From Alphaproteobacteria bacterium (GTDB lineage Bacteria; Pseudomonadota; Alphaproteobacteria; MPNO01): a stretch of DNA of 64,000 nt. A program made the position numbers and the translations under genes. Within the stretch, counting starts at the first letter, position 1. Each line of letters starts with the position of its first letter. The notes under the pieces were generated by a model. That model saw only the letters and a program-made list of their open reading frames with translations, ran no database searches and was not told the DNA's origin. This document shows positions 1 to 9,523 of this stretch, piece by piece. Where the stretch lies: assembly GCA_964291675.2 (NCBI GenBank), contig OZ219866.1:2656001-2720000 (forward strand), given 5' to 3'.

Positions 1-377
1 TCCGCGAGCCGGTCATCCGGCCGTCCGTCGCCCGGCATCAGCGCCAGCAGGATGCCGCGCTCGGCGGCGATCCGGGCGATCTCCTCGATGCCGTAGCGCC
101 AATAATCGAGCCCGCCCAGCAGCCGCGCCGCGACGATGCGCGATTCGGCGATCACCTCCTCGACATAGACGTCGACCGACAGCGGGTGGCGCAGCCGGCC
201 GATATTGGCGAGACGCAGCGAGGGCAGCGCGTCGCCGAGCTCGCCCGACGCCACCGTGGCGGCCGCGAGATCGGTATCGGCGAAGGACAGGAACACCATC
301 TCCGCCGGGCTCTGGCCGAGATCGACGGCGGTGTCGATCTCGTCCAGGCTGTGCGCTTCGCGGAACAGGAGATGCAT
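1..377 (-). CDS. cobN: Cobaltochelatase subunit CobN, N-terminal part (runs off the left edge)
   Basis: Manual translation from ATG at 377 (not in ORF track): MHLLFREAHSLDEIDTAVDLGQSPAEMVFLSFADTDLAA..., typical CobN N-terminus, directly downstream of cobW. Confidence 0.88.
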   Translation of the reverse strand, partial: MHLLFREAHSLDEIDTAVDLGQSPAEMVFLSFADTDLAAATVASGELGDALPSLRLANIGRLRHPLSVDVYVEEVIAESRIVAARLLGGLDYWRYGIEEIARIAAERGILLALMPGDGRPDDRLA

Positions 378-380
378 GGC

Positions 381-1418
381 TCAGGACCGGAGCGCCTCCG
401 CGATGGCGGCGCGGTCGAGCCCGGCCTGGCCGATCACCACCAGCCGGGTCCCGCGCCGCTCGCCCGCCGCCCACGGGCGGTCGAAGTGATGGTTGACCCG
501 GCGGCCGACGCCCTGGACGGCGAGGCGCATCGGCTTTCCGGCGACCGCCGCAAAGCCCTTGATGCGCAAAATGTCGTGCGCGGCGGCGACGCGGGCGAGG
601 CGCGCGGCGAAGGCGGACGGGGACCCGATTTCGCCCAGCGCGAGGTCGAAGGACTCGAAATCGTCGTGCTCGTGGTCCTCCTCGCCGTCATGGTGGGACG
701 GGCGCGCGGCGAGGTCGTCCTCCGCCGCGGCGTCGAGCCCGAGCACCACCGCCGGATCGACCGTCCCCTCGCTGGTGGCGATCATCCTGACCGGGCGGCC
801 CGCCGCGGCGGCGATCTCGTCGCGCAGCCCCGGAAGCCGCCCCGCTTCCAGCAGGTCGGTCTTGTTGAGCACCACGATGTCGGCCGCCATCAGCTGGTCT
901 TCGTAGAGCTCCTGCAACGGGTTGTCGTGGTCGATCGACGGGTCCTCGGCGCGCATCGCCTCGACGGCGTCGAGATCGTCGGCGAAGCGGCCGTCGGCGA
1001 CCGCCGGCCCGTCGATCACCGCGATCACCCCGTCGACCGTCATGCGCGAGCGGATCTCCGGCCAGTCGAAGGCCTTGATCAGCGGCTTGGGCAGCGCGAG
1101 CCCCGAGGTCTCGATCACGATGTGGTCGGGCGGCGCGTCGCGGTCGATCAGGGCGCGCATGGTGGGCAGGAAGTCGTCCGCCACGGTGCAGCACAGGCAG
1201 CCGTTGGCGAGCTCGACAATGTTCTCTTCCGGGCAGTCCTCGATGCCGCAGCTCCTCAGCGTCTCGCCGTCGACCCCCTCGGCGCCGAACTCGTTGACGA
1301 TGACGGCAAGCCGCTGGCCATTGGCGTTGCCCAGCAGGTGGCGCACCATCGTGGTCTTGCCGGCGCCCAAAAAGCCGGTGACGATGGTGGCCGGGATCTT
1401 GGCGGCGGAAAAGCTCAT
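381..1418 (-). CDS. cobW: Cobalamin biosynthesis GTPase/metallochaperone CobW (COG0523)
   Basis: MSFSAAKIPATIVTGFLGAGKTT Walker A, GCLCC metal motif, IETSGLA, NKTD, His-rich HHDGEEDHEHDDF. Confidence 0.95.
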   Translation of the reverse strand: MSFSAAKIPATIVTGFLGAGKTTMVRHLLGNANGQRLAVIVNEFGAEGVDGETLRSCGIEDCPEENIVELANGCLCCTVADDFLPTMRALIDRDAPPDHIVIETSGLALPKPLIKAFDWPEIRSRMTVDGVIAVIDGPAVADGRFADDLDAVEAMRAEDPSIDHDNPLQELYEDQLMAADIVVLNKTDLLEAGRLPGLRDEIAAAAGRPVRMIATSEGTVDPAVVLGLDAAAEDDLAARPSHHDGEEDHEHDDFESFDLALGEIGSPSAFAARLARVAAAHDILRIKGFAAVAGKPMRLAVQGVGRRVNHHFDRPWAAGERRGTRLVVIGQAGLDRAAIAEALRS

Positions 1419-1825
1419 GCGGTCTCTCGCGGTTGGGGAACGTCGTCGGGGAAGGCGGGGATGCGGGCGACGATCGCGTCGCGCAACGTGGGCGCGCGCT
1501 TCGACGGCATGACCACCCCGCTGCGCGACGCGGCATAGGTGAGCGCGTAATCGATCACGTCGTCGGCGAGCTCGGCGCCCAGGAATCCCGCGATATAGGA
1601 CCACTTGCCGGGCTGGGAGAGCGCGGCGCTGCACCCCTGTTCGCAATTGGCCATGCAGCTCACCGGGTTGACCCGGACGGCAGATTCGAGCCCGCGGCTC
1701 CGCAGACGGCGGAGCACGACTTCGTGCAGCCGTGATCCCGCGGCCGGGTCGTTCGGCGCGTCCGGCGCCAGCCCGGCCGGCCGGCAGGTCAGGCAGATAT
1801 GGAGGACCGGTCGGCTGTCGGTCAG
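1415..1825 (-). CDS. DUF1636 family Cys-rich metal-binding protein
   Basis: LHICLTCR...VSCMANCEQGCSAALSQPGKWSY matches the DUF1636 pattern common in cob operons; start uncertain (CTG after GGAG). Confidence 0.8.
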   Translation of the reverse strand: MTDSRPVLHICLTCRPAGLAPDAPNDPAAGSRLHEVVLRRLRSRGLESAVRVNPVSCMANCEQGCSAALSQPGKWSYIAGFLGAELADDVIDYALTYAASRSGVVMPSKRAPTLRDAIVARIPAFPDDVPQPRETA

Positions 1826-1938
1826 GGCTAAATCTCCCGCCGCGATTGAAGGCGGGCCGAGTTTACCCGACCGGAGGCCCCGCCTGCATTCCCCTTGCGC
1901 GCATGCTACAAGGCGGGCGGGCATTTGCGGGGGAGGAC

Positions 1939-2460
1939 ATGCCGGTCGCCGGGCTCTATCTGGTTCTCGGAGGCGCGAGGTCGGGCAAGAGCCGCCACGC
2001 CGAATCCCTCGTCGAGGCCGCCCCGCCGCCCTGGCGCTACATCGCCACCGCCGAAGCCGGCGACGCCGAGATGCGCGCGCGCATCCGCGAGCACCGGGAG
2101 CGCCGGGGCGCAAGCTGGCGGACCGTGGAAGAGCCGCTGGAGCTCGCCGCCGCCCTCGAAAGCTGCCCCGCCGAGGCGCCGGTGCTGGTCGACTGCCTAA
2201 CGCTCTGGCTGAGCAATCTGATGGCGGCGGGCCGCGCAGGCGAGGCCGAGACCGGCCGATTGGTCGCGGCGCTGGAGCGCCGCCGCGCAAAGACCGTGCT
2301 GGTCTCCAACGAGGTCGGCATGGGGATCGTCCCCGACAACCTTCTTGCGCGCGACTTCCGCGACGCCGCCGGCGCGCTGCACCGCGCGCTTGCCGCGCGC
2401 GCGGAACATGTGCACTTCATGGTCGCCGGCATCCCCATGATCGTCAAAGGCAAGCCATGA
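1939..2460 (+). CDS. cobU: Bifunctional adenosylcobinamide kinase / cobinamide-phosphate guanylyltransferase (CobU/CobP)
   Basis: [39 protein letters not shown]; GGAGG RBS before ATG 1939. Confidence 0.95.
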   Translation: MPVAGLYLVLGGARSGKSRHAESLVEAAPPPWRYIATAEAGDAEMRARIREHRERRGASWRTVEEPLELAAALESCPAEAPVLVDCLTLWLSNLMAAGRAGEAETGRLVAALERRRAKTVLVSNEVGMGIVPDNLLARDFRDAAGALHRALAARAEHVHFMVAGIPMIVKGKP

Positions 2461-3068
2461 CCGAGAGCGACGACAGCGACCGCCACAAGGCGAAGATGGC
2501 CCACCGCAAGGCCGTGCAGGACGCCGAGGTCGCCTCCAAGACCGTCGAGAAGGGGCTGTTGATGGTCCATACCGGCACCGGCAAGGGCAAGTCGACGGCC
2601 GCCTTCGGGCTGGCGCTGCGGATGATCGGGCGCGGCCGCAAGGTCGGCGTCGTGCAGTTCATCAAGGGCGCCTGGTCGACCGGCGAGAAGCTGGCGCTCG
2701 AAGCGCTGGCGCCCGACATGGTCGAATGGCACGCGCTCGGCGAGGGGTTCACCTGGGAGACCCAGGACAAGGCGCGCGACATCGCCGCCTGCGAGCGGGC
2801 CTGGGAGACCGCCGTCGCGATGATGGCGAGCCCGGACTTCGGCCTCGTCGTGCTCGACGAGCTCAATATCGCGCTGCGCTACGACTACCTGCCGCTCGAC
2901 GGCGTGCTCGCCGGGCTCGCCGCCCGGCCGAAGGATCTGCACGTCGTGGTCACGGGGCGGAACGCCAAGCCGCCGCTGATCGAGGCCGCCGACCTGGTGA
3001 CCGAGATGACGCTGGTCAAGCACCACTTCAAGGCCGGGGTGAAGACCCAGGAGGGCATCGAGTACTGA
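2457..3068 (+). CDS. cobO: Cob(I)yrinic acid a,c-diamide adenosyltransferase
   Basis: [50 protein letters not shown]; ATGA overlap with cobU. Confidence 0.95.
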   Translation: MTESDDSDRHKAKMAHRKAVQDAEVASKTVEKGLLMVHTGTGKGKSTAAFGLALRMIGRGRKVGVVQFIKGAWSTGEKLALEALAPDMVEWHALGEGFTWETQDKARDIAACERAWETAVAMMASPDFGLVVLDELNIALRYDYLPLDGVLAGLAARPKDLHVVVTGRNAKPPLIEAADLVTEMTLVKHHFKAGVKTQEGIEY

Positions 3069-4531
3069 TGCCCGCGCGGGCGGTCATGCTGCAGGGCACC
3101 GGCTCGAATGTCGGCAAGTCGGTGCTCGCCGCCGGCCTGCTGCGGGCGCTCGCCGGGCGGGGCTACGCGGTCCGCCCGTTCAAGCCGCAGAACATGTCGA
3201 ACAACGCCGCGGTGGCCGCCGACGGCGGCGAGATCGGCCGCGCGCAGGCGCTCCAGGCGCGCGCCGCCCGGGTGGCGCCCAGCGTTCACATGAACCCGGT
3301 GCTGCTCAAGCCGAGCTCGGAGACCGGCGCGCAGATCGTCGTCCAGGGGCGGGTCGAGGGCACCGCGCGCGCCCGCGAGTTCCAGGAATTGAAGCGAGGT
3401 CTCAAGCCGCGGGTGATGGAGAGCTTCGCGAAGCTGCGCGCCGACGCCGATCTGATCGTCGTCGAGGGCGCCGGCAGCGCGTCGGAGACCAATCTGCGCA
3501 TCGCCGACATCGCCAATATGGGGTTCGCCGCCGCCACCGACATTCCCGTCCTGCTGGTCGGCGACATCGAACGCGGCGGCGTCATCGCCGCCCTCGTCGG
3601 CACCAGGGAGGTCATCGCGCGGTCGGACGAGGCGCTGGTCGCGGGCTTCGTCGTCAACAAGATGCGCGGCGACCCCTCGCTGTTCACCGACGGGATGGCG
3701 GAGATCGCGCGGCGCACCGGGTGGCCGGCGCTCGGGCTGGTGCCGTTCTTCGAGGACGCCCGGCTGCTCCCCGCCGAAGACGCCTACGACCTCGCCGAGC
3801 GGGGACGGCCCGCCGGAGGGGCGGGGCGCCTGCGAATCGCCGTCCCGCATCTGCCGCGGATCGCCAATTTCGACGATCTCGACCCGCTCGACGCCGAGCC
3901 GGGGGTGGAGGTGATCCTGGTCGGGCGCGGCGCGCCTCTGCCGGCGGATGCCGAGCTGGTCATCCTGCCGGGCAGCAAGGCGACGATCGCCGACCTCGCG
4001 GCGCTGCGCGAGGAGGGGTGGGACATAGACATCGCCGCGCATCGCCGCCGCGGCGGGCGCGTGCTCGGGCTGTGCGGCGGCTACCAGATGCTGGGCGCGC
4101 GCCTGTCCGATCCCGACGGGATGGAGGGCGCGCCCGGACAAGTCGCGGGGCTCGGCCTGCTCGATGTCGAGACCGTGCTGGCCGGGCCGAAGACGGTTGC
4201 CGAGGCTGCCGGGGAGACCGTGGACGGCATCCCCCTATCGGGCTACGAGATCCACATGGGCCGGACCCGCGGCCCCGATACCGGGAGACCGCTGCATCGC
4301 CTCGCCGACGGGCGCATGGACGGCGCCCGCTCGCCGGACGGGCGGGTGGCGGGGACCTATGTGCACGGGCTGTTCGCCGGCGACCGCTATCGGGCCGCAT
4401 GGCTGCGGGGGCTGGGCTCGGAGAGCGGCATCGACGATCACGACGCGCTGGTCGAGAAGACGCTGGACGGGCTCGCCGCTCATCTGGAGGCGCATCTCGA
4501 CATCGACCGGATCATCGCCATGGCGCGATAG
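3068..4531 (+). CDS. cobQ: Cobyric acid synthase
   Basis: [63 protein letters not shown]. Confidence 0.96.
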   Translation: MPARAVMLQGTGSNVGKSVLAAGLLRALAGRGYAVRPFKPQNMSNNAAVAADGGEIGRAQALQARAARVAPSVHMNPVLLKPSSETGAQIVVQGRVEGTARAREFQELKRGLKPRVMESFAKLRADADLIVVEGAGSASETNLRIADIANMGFAAATDIPVLLVGDIERGGVIAALVGTREVIARSDEALVAGFVVNKMRGDPSLFTDGMAEIARRTGWPALGLVPFFEDARLLPAEDAYDLAERGRPAGGAGRLRIAVPHLPRIANFDDLDPLDAEPGVEVILVGRGAPLPADAELVILPGSKATIADLAALREEGWDIDIAAHRRRGGRVLGLCGGYQMLGARLSDPDGMEGAPGQVAGLGLLDVETVLAGPKTVAEAAGETVDGIPLSGYEIHMGRTRGPDTGRPLHRLADGRMDGARSPDGRVAGTYVHGLFAGDRYRAAWLRGLGSESGIDDHDALVEKTLDGLAAHLEAHLDIDRIIAMAR

Positions 4532-5501
4532 CGGTGAGCGCGAGGGCGACGGCGGCGATCTGGAGCGCGCAGGCGCGGCGGTAGAGAACGAGCGCCCGGT
4601 CGATGTCGTCCGCCGTCGCCTCGGCGCGGCCGTCGCCCATCCAGGAATCCTCGACCGGGCGGCCGCCATACTGACGGGGACCGCCGAGGCGGAGCCCGAG
4701 CGCGCCCGCCAGCGCCGCCTCCGGCCAGCCGGCGTTGGGCGAGCGGTGCTGCGCCGCGTCGCGCCGCACCGCCCGGATCGCGCCGCCCGGCGAGGCGCTC
4801 GGCAGGGTTGCCGCGGCCAGCACGATCCACCCCGCCGCGAGCCGCGAGGCCGGCAGGTTGACCAGGTCGTCGAGCCTGGCGGCGAAGCGGCCGAAATCGC
4901 GGTAGCGCGAGTCCGCGTGCCCGATCATGCTGTCGGCGGTGTTGATCGCCTTGTAGGCGGCCGCTCCCGGCAGGCCGAGCACGGCGCACCAGAAGGCCGG
5001 CGCCACCACGCCGTCCGAAAAATTCTCGGCCAGGCTCTCGATCCCCGCGCGCGCCACCCCGGCCTCGTCGAGCGAGGCGGGATCGCGGCCGACGACGTGG
5101 CGCACCCGGTCGCGGCCCGCCGCGAGACCGCCCGATCTCAGCCCGTCCCGCACCGCGGCGACGTGGTCGTGCAGGCTGCGCTGCGCCGGCAGCGAGGCCG
5201 CGAGGGGTGCGAGCGCGAGCGCGGCCACCCACCATTGCGCCCACAGCATCGCCGCGCCCTGCACCGCGGCCGCCGCGACGGTCGCCAGCAGCACGACCGA
5301 GAGGACGCAGCACGCGCCGTTGAGGCGCCGCCGCCGATCGGGCAAGGTCGGCCGGTTCCAGCGCCGGTCCGCGCGCTCCAGGATGCCGCCGACCCAGACC
5401 ACGGGGTGGGCGATCCGCGCGAACAGCGGCTTGGGATAACCGAAAACCGCCTCCAGCAAGAGCGCGGCGAGGAGGAGAAGCAGGTTGGTTTCGAACCACA
5501 T
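4512..5501 (-). CDS. cobD: Adenosylcobinamide-phosphate synthase CobD/CbiB
   Basis: [52 protein letters not shown]. Confidence 0.95.
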   Translation of the reverse strand: MWFETNLLLLLAALLLEAVFGYPKPLFARIAHPVVWVGGILERADRRWNRPTLPDRRRRLNGACCVLSVVLLATVAAAAVQGAAMLWAQWWVAALALAPLAASLPAQRSLHDHVAAVRDGLRSGGLAAGRDRVRHVVGRDPASLDEAGVARAGIESLAENFSDGVVAPAFWCAVLGLPGAAAYKAINTADSMIGHADSRYRDFGRFAARLDDLVNLPASRLAAGWIVLAAATLPSASPGGAIRAVRRDAAQHRSPNAGWPEAALAGALGLRLGGPRQYGGRPVEDSWMGDGRAEATADDIDRALVLYRRACALQIAAVALALTAIAPWR

Positions 5502-5513
5502 GGCGGCCGTCAC

Positions 5514-6512
5514 GTGATCCGCCATGGCGGGCAGCTATCGCGTCTGCGCCAGCGGTATCCGGCGGCGCCCGAGCCGCTGATCGACCTGTCGACGGGCATC
5601 AACCCCTTCCCCTACAAGCTGCCGCCGATCCCCGGGACAGCCTATACGCGCCTGCCCGAGGAGACACATATCCGCGACCTCAGGGAAGCGGCGGCGGCGG
5701 CCTATGGCGCGCAGGGCCCGGGGCTGGTCGCTGTCGCGGCGGGCACCCAGCTGCTGATCTCCTCGCTGCCCCGCATCTTTCCCGCCGCGCGCGTCTCGGT
5801 GCTGGCGCCGACCTATGGCGAGCATGCGGCGGTCTGGGCCGCCGCCGGGGCCGGGGTGACGCAGGTCTCCGCGCTGGCGGGGCTGGAGGACGGCGATGTC
5901 GCGGTGCTGTGCAACCCCAACAACCCCGACGGCCGGGCCTTCGATGCGGGTGCGATCGGCGAGCTCGCGACGCGCAAGGCGCGCCGTGGCGGGCGGCTGA
6001 TCGTCGACGAGGCGTTCGCCGAATTCGCCGAGGCGGGGCTGAGTGCCGCGCCGCTGGTGCCGCAACCCGGGCTGATCGTCCTGCGGTCCTTCGGCAAGGC
6101 CTACGGGCTGGCCGGGCTCAGGCTCGGCTTCCTGGTCGCGGAGGAGCATGTCGTCGAGCGTGTGGCGCGGGCGCTCGGCCCGTGGCCGGTCTCCGGCGTC
6201 GCCATCCACGTCGCCTGCCGGGCGCTCGCCGATTCCGCATGGCGGCGGGAGACCGGCGAGCTGCTGGCCCGGACCGGCGCCCGGCTGGACGCCGTGCTTG
6301 CGGGATACGGGCTGGAGGCGGTGGGCGGCACCTCCCTGTTCCGGCTGGTGCGCCACCGGAATGCGCCGGCGGTGGCGGACGCGCTCGGGCGCGCCGGGAT
6401 CCTGGTCCGCGACTTCGACCAACAACCCGACTGGCTGCGTTTCGCCCTGCCGCCCGACGAGGACGCCTGGTCTAGGCTCGCAGCCGCGCTGGCGAGGGTT
6501 CCAACGACCTGA
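5514..6512 (+). CDS. cobC: L-threonine-O-3-phosphate decarboxylase (PLP; CobC in P. denitrificans nomenclature)
   Basis: HGG..., DLSTGINP, PTYGEH, CNPNNPDG, VDEAF, LRSFGKAYGLAGLRLGF; GTG start at 5514 inferred. Confidence 0.9.
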   Translation: MIRHGGQLSRLRQRYPAAPEPLIDLSTGINPFPYKLPPIPGTAYTRLPEETHIRDLREAAAAAYGAQGPGLVAVAAGTQLLISSLPRIFPAARVSVLAPTYGEHAAVWAAAGAGVTQVSALAGLEDGDVAVLCNPNNPDGRAFDAGAIGELATRKARRGGRLIVDEAFAEFAEAGLSAAPLVPQPGLIVLRSFGKAYGLAGLRLGFLVAEEHVVERVARALGPWPVSGVAIHVACRALADSAWRRETGELLARTGARLDAVLAGYGLEAVGGTSLFRLVRHRNAPAVADALGRAGILVRDFDQQPDWLRFALPPDEDAWSRLAAALARVPTT

Positions 6513-6530
6513 CCGGGACATGCCGAGCCG

Positions 6531-6736
6531 GCGTCCCTCGATACGGCCCCCGCGTGGCCTACTCGGGATGAGCGAATATCTTGCGACAGACCAATCAACC
6601 CTCATCCGGGTTGCCGCTCCAGCGTCCTTCGATACGCGCCCTTCGGGCGCTACTCAGGATGAGGATGCCTTGTTGCGGCTTTCACCATTTCCCTCATCCT
6701 GAGTAGCCCGCCGGAGGCGGGCGTATCGAAGGACGC
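6531..6736. repeat. Cluster of REP-like palindromic units (about 3 full, 1 partial) in alternating orientation
   Basis: Unit CGTCC(T/C)TCGATACG-[GC stem-loop]-CTACTC(A/G)GGATGAG at about 6531-6572 and 6622-6664; inverted partial at about 6599-6610; inverted full at about 6692-6736. Confidence 0.85.
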
Positions 6737-6800
6737 GCCGGCGGTTCTGTTCGAGTCGAATACGCTTTACTGTCGTCTTCGATCGTCACGCTGTCGGGGG

Positions 6801-7322
6801 ATGTCCGGGATGAAGCTGCGTGGAACCGTCGCGGTCTTCGGCGACTACGTGTCGGGAGACGCGATCCTTCCCGCGCGCTACGCCTTCCTTCCCCCGGAGG
6901 CGATGGCGGAGCATGTGCTGGAGGAGCTCGATCCGAGCGCAAACGCGCGCGTGCGCCGGGCCGATATCCTGGTTGCCGGCGCGGCTTTCGGATACGGCAC
7001 CGGGCGCGAGTCCTCGGCGCGCGCGCTCCGCGCCGCCGGGGTGAGCGTGGCGATCGGCGGCCCGTTCGCGCGGATGTTTTATCGCAACGCCATCAACAAC
7101 GGGCTATTGGTGCTGGACTGTCCGGCGCTGGTCGGCGACGGCGTGGACGACGGCTGCGAGATGGAGATCGACACCGTCGCGGGGCATGTCCGCTGCGCCG
7201 GCCGGGCCTACACCGTGCCGCCGGTGCCCGAGCTGGTCCGCCGCATCGTGGCCGCGGGCGACCTCGTGGAATACGGCCGAAGCCGGCTGCGCGGCCGTGC
7301 AGAGGAGAGCGCGAATGGCTGA
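6801..7322 (+). CDS. 3-isopropylmalate dehydratase/homoaconitase-like small subunit (LeuD/HacB type)
   Basis: FGDYVSGDAILPARY, FGYGTGRESS, FARMFYRNAINNGL; start could be 6810. Confidence 0.85.
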   Translation: MSGMKLRGTVAVFGDYVSGDAILPARYAFLPPEAMAEHVLEELDPSANARVRRADILVAGAAFGYGTGRESSARALRAAGVSVAIGGPFARMFYRNAINNGLLVLDCPALVGDGVDDGCEMEIDTVAGHVRCAGRAYTVPPVPELVRRIVAAGDLVEYGRSRLRGRAEESANG

Positions 7323-8598
7323 GCCCGGCCTGACGCTGGCGCAGAAGATCCTCGCCCGCACCTCCGGCGTTGCCCGCCCCCATCCCGGCCGGATCGTCGA
7401 AGCGATACCCGATTTCTCCTACTCCCACGATTTCGCGGTCTACGCGATCGACGCGTTCGAACGCATGGGGGCGACCCGCGTGCTGCACCCCGACAGGGTC
7501 GCGATATGCCTGGATCACATCGTGCCGGCCGACAATGCCCGCGACGCGAACAACCACGCCCGCATCCGCAACTTCGCCAGGGCGCAGCAACTGCGCCACT
7601 TCTTCGAAGGCGGCACCGGGATCTCCCACCAGGTGATGTTCGAGCGCGGCCTCGTCGTCCCGGGCAGCCTCGTGGTGGCAAGCGATTCCCACACGCCGTC
7701 GGGCGGCGCGCTCGGGGCGCTCGCCCTCGGTGTCGGCGAGACCGAGCTGGGCTTCGCCTGGGCGACCGAACGGCTCTGGGTCAAGGTCCCCGAGACCGTT
7801 CGCATCTGCCTCGAAGGCGCGCTGCCGCAAGGGGTGCACGCCAAGGACCTGATGCTTCACATGGTAGCGACGCTCGGCGTGTTGGGCGCGGTGTACGAGG
7901 TGCTGGAATATGCCGGTCCCGCCGCCCCGTCCCTGTCGCCCTCGGAACGCTTCACGCTGTGCAACATGAGCGCAGAGCTCGGCGCCAAGACCGGCGTCTT
8001 CCCGTGCGACGATACGACCCTGGAATTCTTGCGCGACCGGGCGCAGTTCGACTACGAGCCCGTCCAATCCGACCCGGACGCGGCCTATTCGCGCGAATTG
8101 ACGATCGACCTGGCCGCGCTGGAGCCGATGGTCGCCCTGCCCGGGCGCGAGGATCGCGGCGTGAAGGTGGGCGAGGCGGCGGGGCGCAAGGTGCACCAGG
8201 TGTTCATCGGATCCTGCACCAATGCGAGGGCCGACGATCTGGCGATCGCCGCCGGGATCCTGCGCGGATGGCGGGTGCATGAAGACGTGCGCCTGATCGT
8301 GGTCCCGGCCTCGCGCGCGGTGATGGCCGAAGCGGCCGGGACCGGCGACCTCGAAGCCCTGCTCGAGGCGGGCGCGACCTTCATGCCGAGCGGCTGCGCG
8401 GTGTGCGCCGGCGTGCACCAGGGCGTGCTCGCCGACGGCGAGCTGTGCCTGTCCACCAGCAACCGCAACGCCCCGGGCCGCATGGGCAACAGGAAGGCGG
8501 AGATCGCGCTCTGCAGCCCCGCCACCGCCGCGGCCAGCGCGATTGCCGGAGTCGTGGCGGACGCGCGCGAATTCGCGACGGCCAGGAGCCCGGGCTAG
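7315..8598 (+). CDS. 3-isopropylmalate dehydratase/homoaconitase-like large subunit (LeuC/HacA type, 4Fe-4S)
   Basis: TLAQKILAR, LDHIVP, GISHQ, SDSHT, ERFTLCNMSAELGAK, FIGSCTNAR, SGCAVCAG, STSNRN..GRMG. Confidence 0.9.
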   Translation: MAEPGLTLAQKILARTSGVARPHPGRIVEAIPDFSYSHDFAVYAIDAFERMGATRVLHPDRVAICLDHIVPADNARDANNHARIRNFARAQQLRHFFEGGTGISHQVMFERGLVVPGSLVVASDSHTPSGGALGALALGVGETELGFAWATERLWVKVPETVRICLEGALPQGVHAKDLMLHMVATLGVLGAVYEVLEYAGPAAPSLSPSERFTLCNMSAELGAKTGVFPCDDTTLEFLRDRAQFDYEPVQSDPDAAYSRELTIDLAALEPMVALPGREDRGVKVGEAAGRKVHQVFIGSCTNARADDLAIAAGILRGWRVHEDVRLIVVPASRAVMAEAAGTGDLEALLEAGATFMPSGCAVCAGVHQGVLADGELCLSTSNRNAPGRMGNRKAEIALCSPATAAASAIAGVVADAREFATARSPG

Positions 8599-8639
8599 AG
8601 TCTGTCCGGTTCAGGTGGAACCGTCGACGCGCCTGAAGC

Positions 8640-8749
8640 CGTCCTTCGATACGCCCCCTGCGGGGGCTACTCAGGATGAGGAGAGGTTGGTATGGCTCAA
8701 GAAAATACCCTCATCCCGAGTAGGCGCGGAGCGCCGTATCGAGGGACGC
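8640..8749. repeat. Inverted pair of the same REP-like unit (REPIN-like doublet)
   Basis: CGTCCTTCGATACGCCCCCTGCGGGGGCTACTCAGGATGAG, about 28 nt spacer, then CCTCATCCCGAGTAGGCGCGGAGCGCCGTATCGAGGGACG. Confidence 0.85.
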
Positions 8750-8788
8750 CCCGGACGCGACGGCGCTTCCGACCAAGACTGACACGCT

Positions 8789-9385
8789 CTAACGACCGAC
8801 GCTTTCCGCGTAGCTCGCCGAGGGCAGGTTTTCCTTCGGCCACTGGTCGCCGTTCTCGAACGGCGCCACGCCCACCGCGTGGCGCGCCATGCCCGATTCC
8901 AGCATCGCCATGGACACGATCTCGGCGATGCCCAGATCGTCGATCCCGTGGTCGCGCAACGCCTGAAAATCCCGGTCTTCCGTCCCCTGGTTGAACGCGA
9001 CCTTGCGGGCGAAGCGGAGCACGTCCTTCCACATCGGATCGAGCGTCGAGGAGTTCTCGAAGTCGATGCACGCCATCACCTCGTCCATGCTCATCCCGAA
9101 ATGCTGGATCAGATGGGTCTGGTGATTGTTGATGCAGCGCGGGCAATCCACCTCCGCCGCGCAGACCAGCGAGATCGCGTTGAGCAGCGGCTTGGGGAGC
9201 GAGCCCGGGGTGGTTTGCAGGCGCTTGGTCAGCGTCCACCACCCCCTCAAGAGCTCGATGTCGAGGGCGAAGAACCCCCAGGTGGGAGTGAGAAAGTTCG
9301 CGCCCTTGGTCGCGCGGATATCGTCGAAGATCGCCGCGACCTCGTCGTCGGCGAAATCGGGTTGGACGAGCCTGACCTTTTGCAT
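8789..9385 (-). CDS. Carboxymuconolactone decarboxylase / AhpD-like peroxidase-related protein
   Basis: VAAIFDDIR...ISLVCAAEVDCPRCINNH (CxxC..H); GGGAGG RBS before ATG 9385. Confidence 0.75.
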   Translation of the reverse strand: MQKVRLVQPDFADDEVAAIFDDIRATKGANFLTPTWGFFALDIELLRGWWTLTKRLQTTPGSLPKPLLNAISLVCAAEVDCPRCINNHQTHLIQHFGMSMDEVMACIDFENSSTLDPMWKDVLRFARKVAFNQGTEDRDFQALRDHGIDDLGIAEIVSMAMLESGMARHAVGVAPFENGDQWPKENLPSASYAESVGR

Positions 9386-9523
9386 GGTTGCCTCCCGCGC
9401 CGTGCGGCGGCCCGGCCGCCGCGTCCCTCCTGGGAGCGCAGTGTAGCGCCGCCGCACGCCGCCCGCGAGCGGGCTAGCCCTGTTGACGATGGTTGGCGAA
9501 ACGCGGGTCAGCAGGGCACGGCG

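Noticed and set aside
1826-1938. Possible cobalamin riboswitch between DUF1636 and cobU (AAGGGGAATGC on the minus strand)
   Set aside because: The gap is only about 110 bp and I could not find the B12-box or the GCCCCCGCAACTGT-type core; an Infernal search with Rfam Cobalamin models would settle it.
4164-5513. Apparent long N-terminal extension of CobC (782-aa ORF)
   Set aside because: It is antisense to cobD and off-frame in cobQ; recognisable CobC sequence starts near 5514.
6531-6736. Repeat-spacer-repeat pattern that looks superficially like a mini-CRISPR
   Set aside because: Units alternate in orientation, vary internally and number only 3-4, and no cas genes are present; it fits REP/REPIN-like elements.
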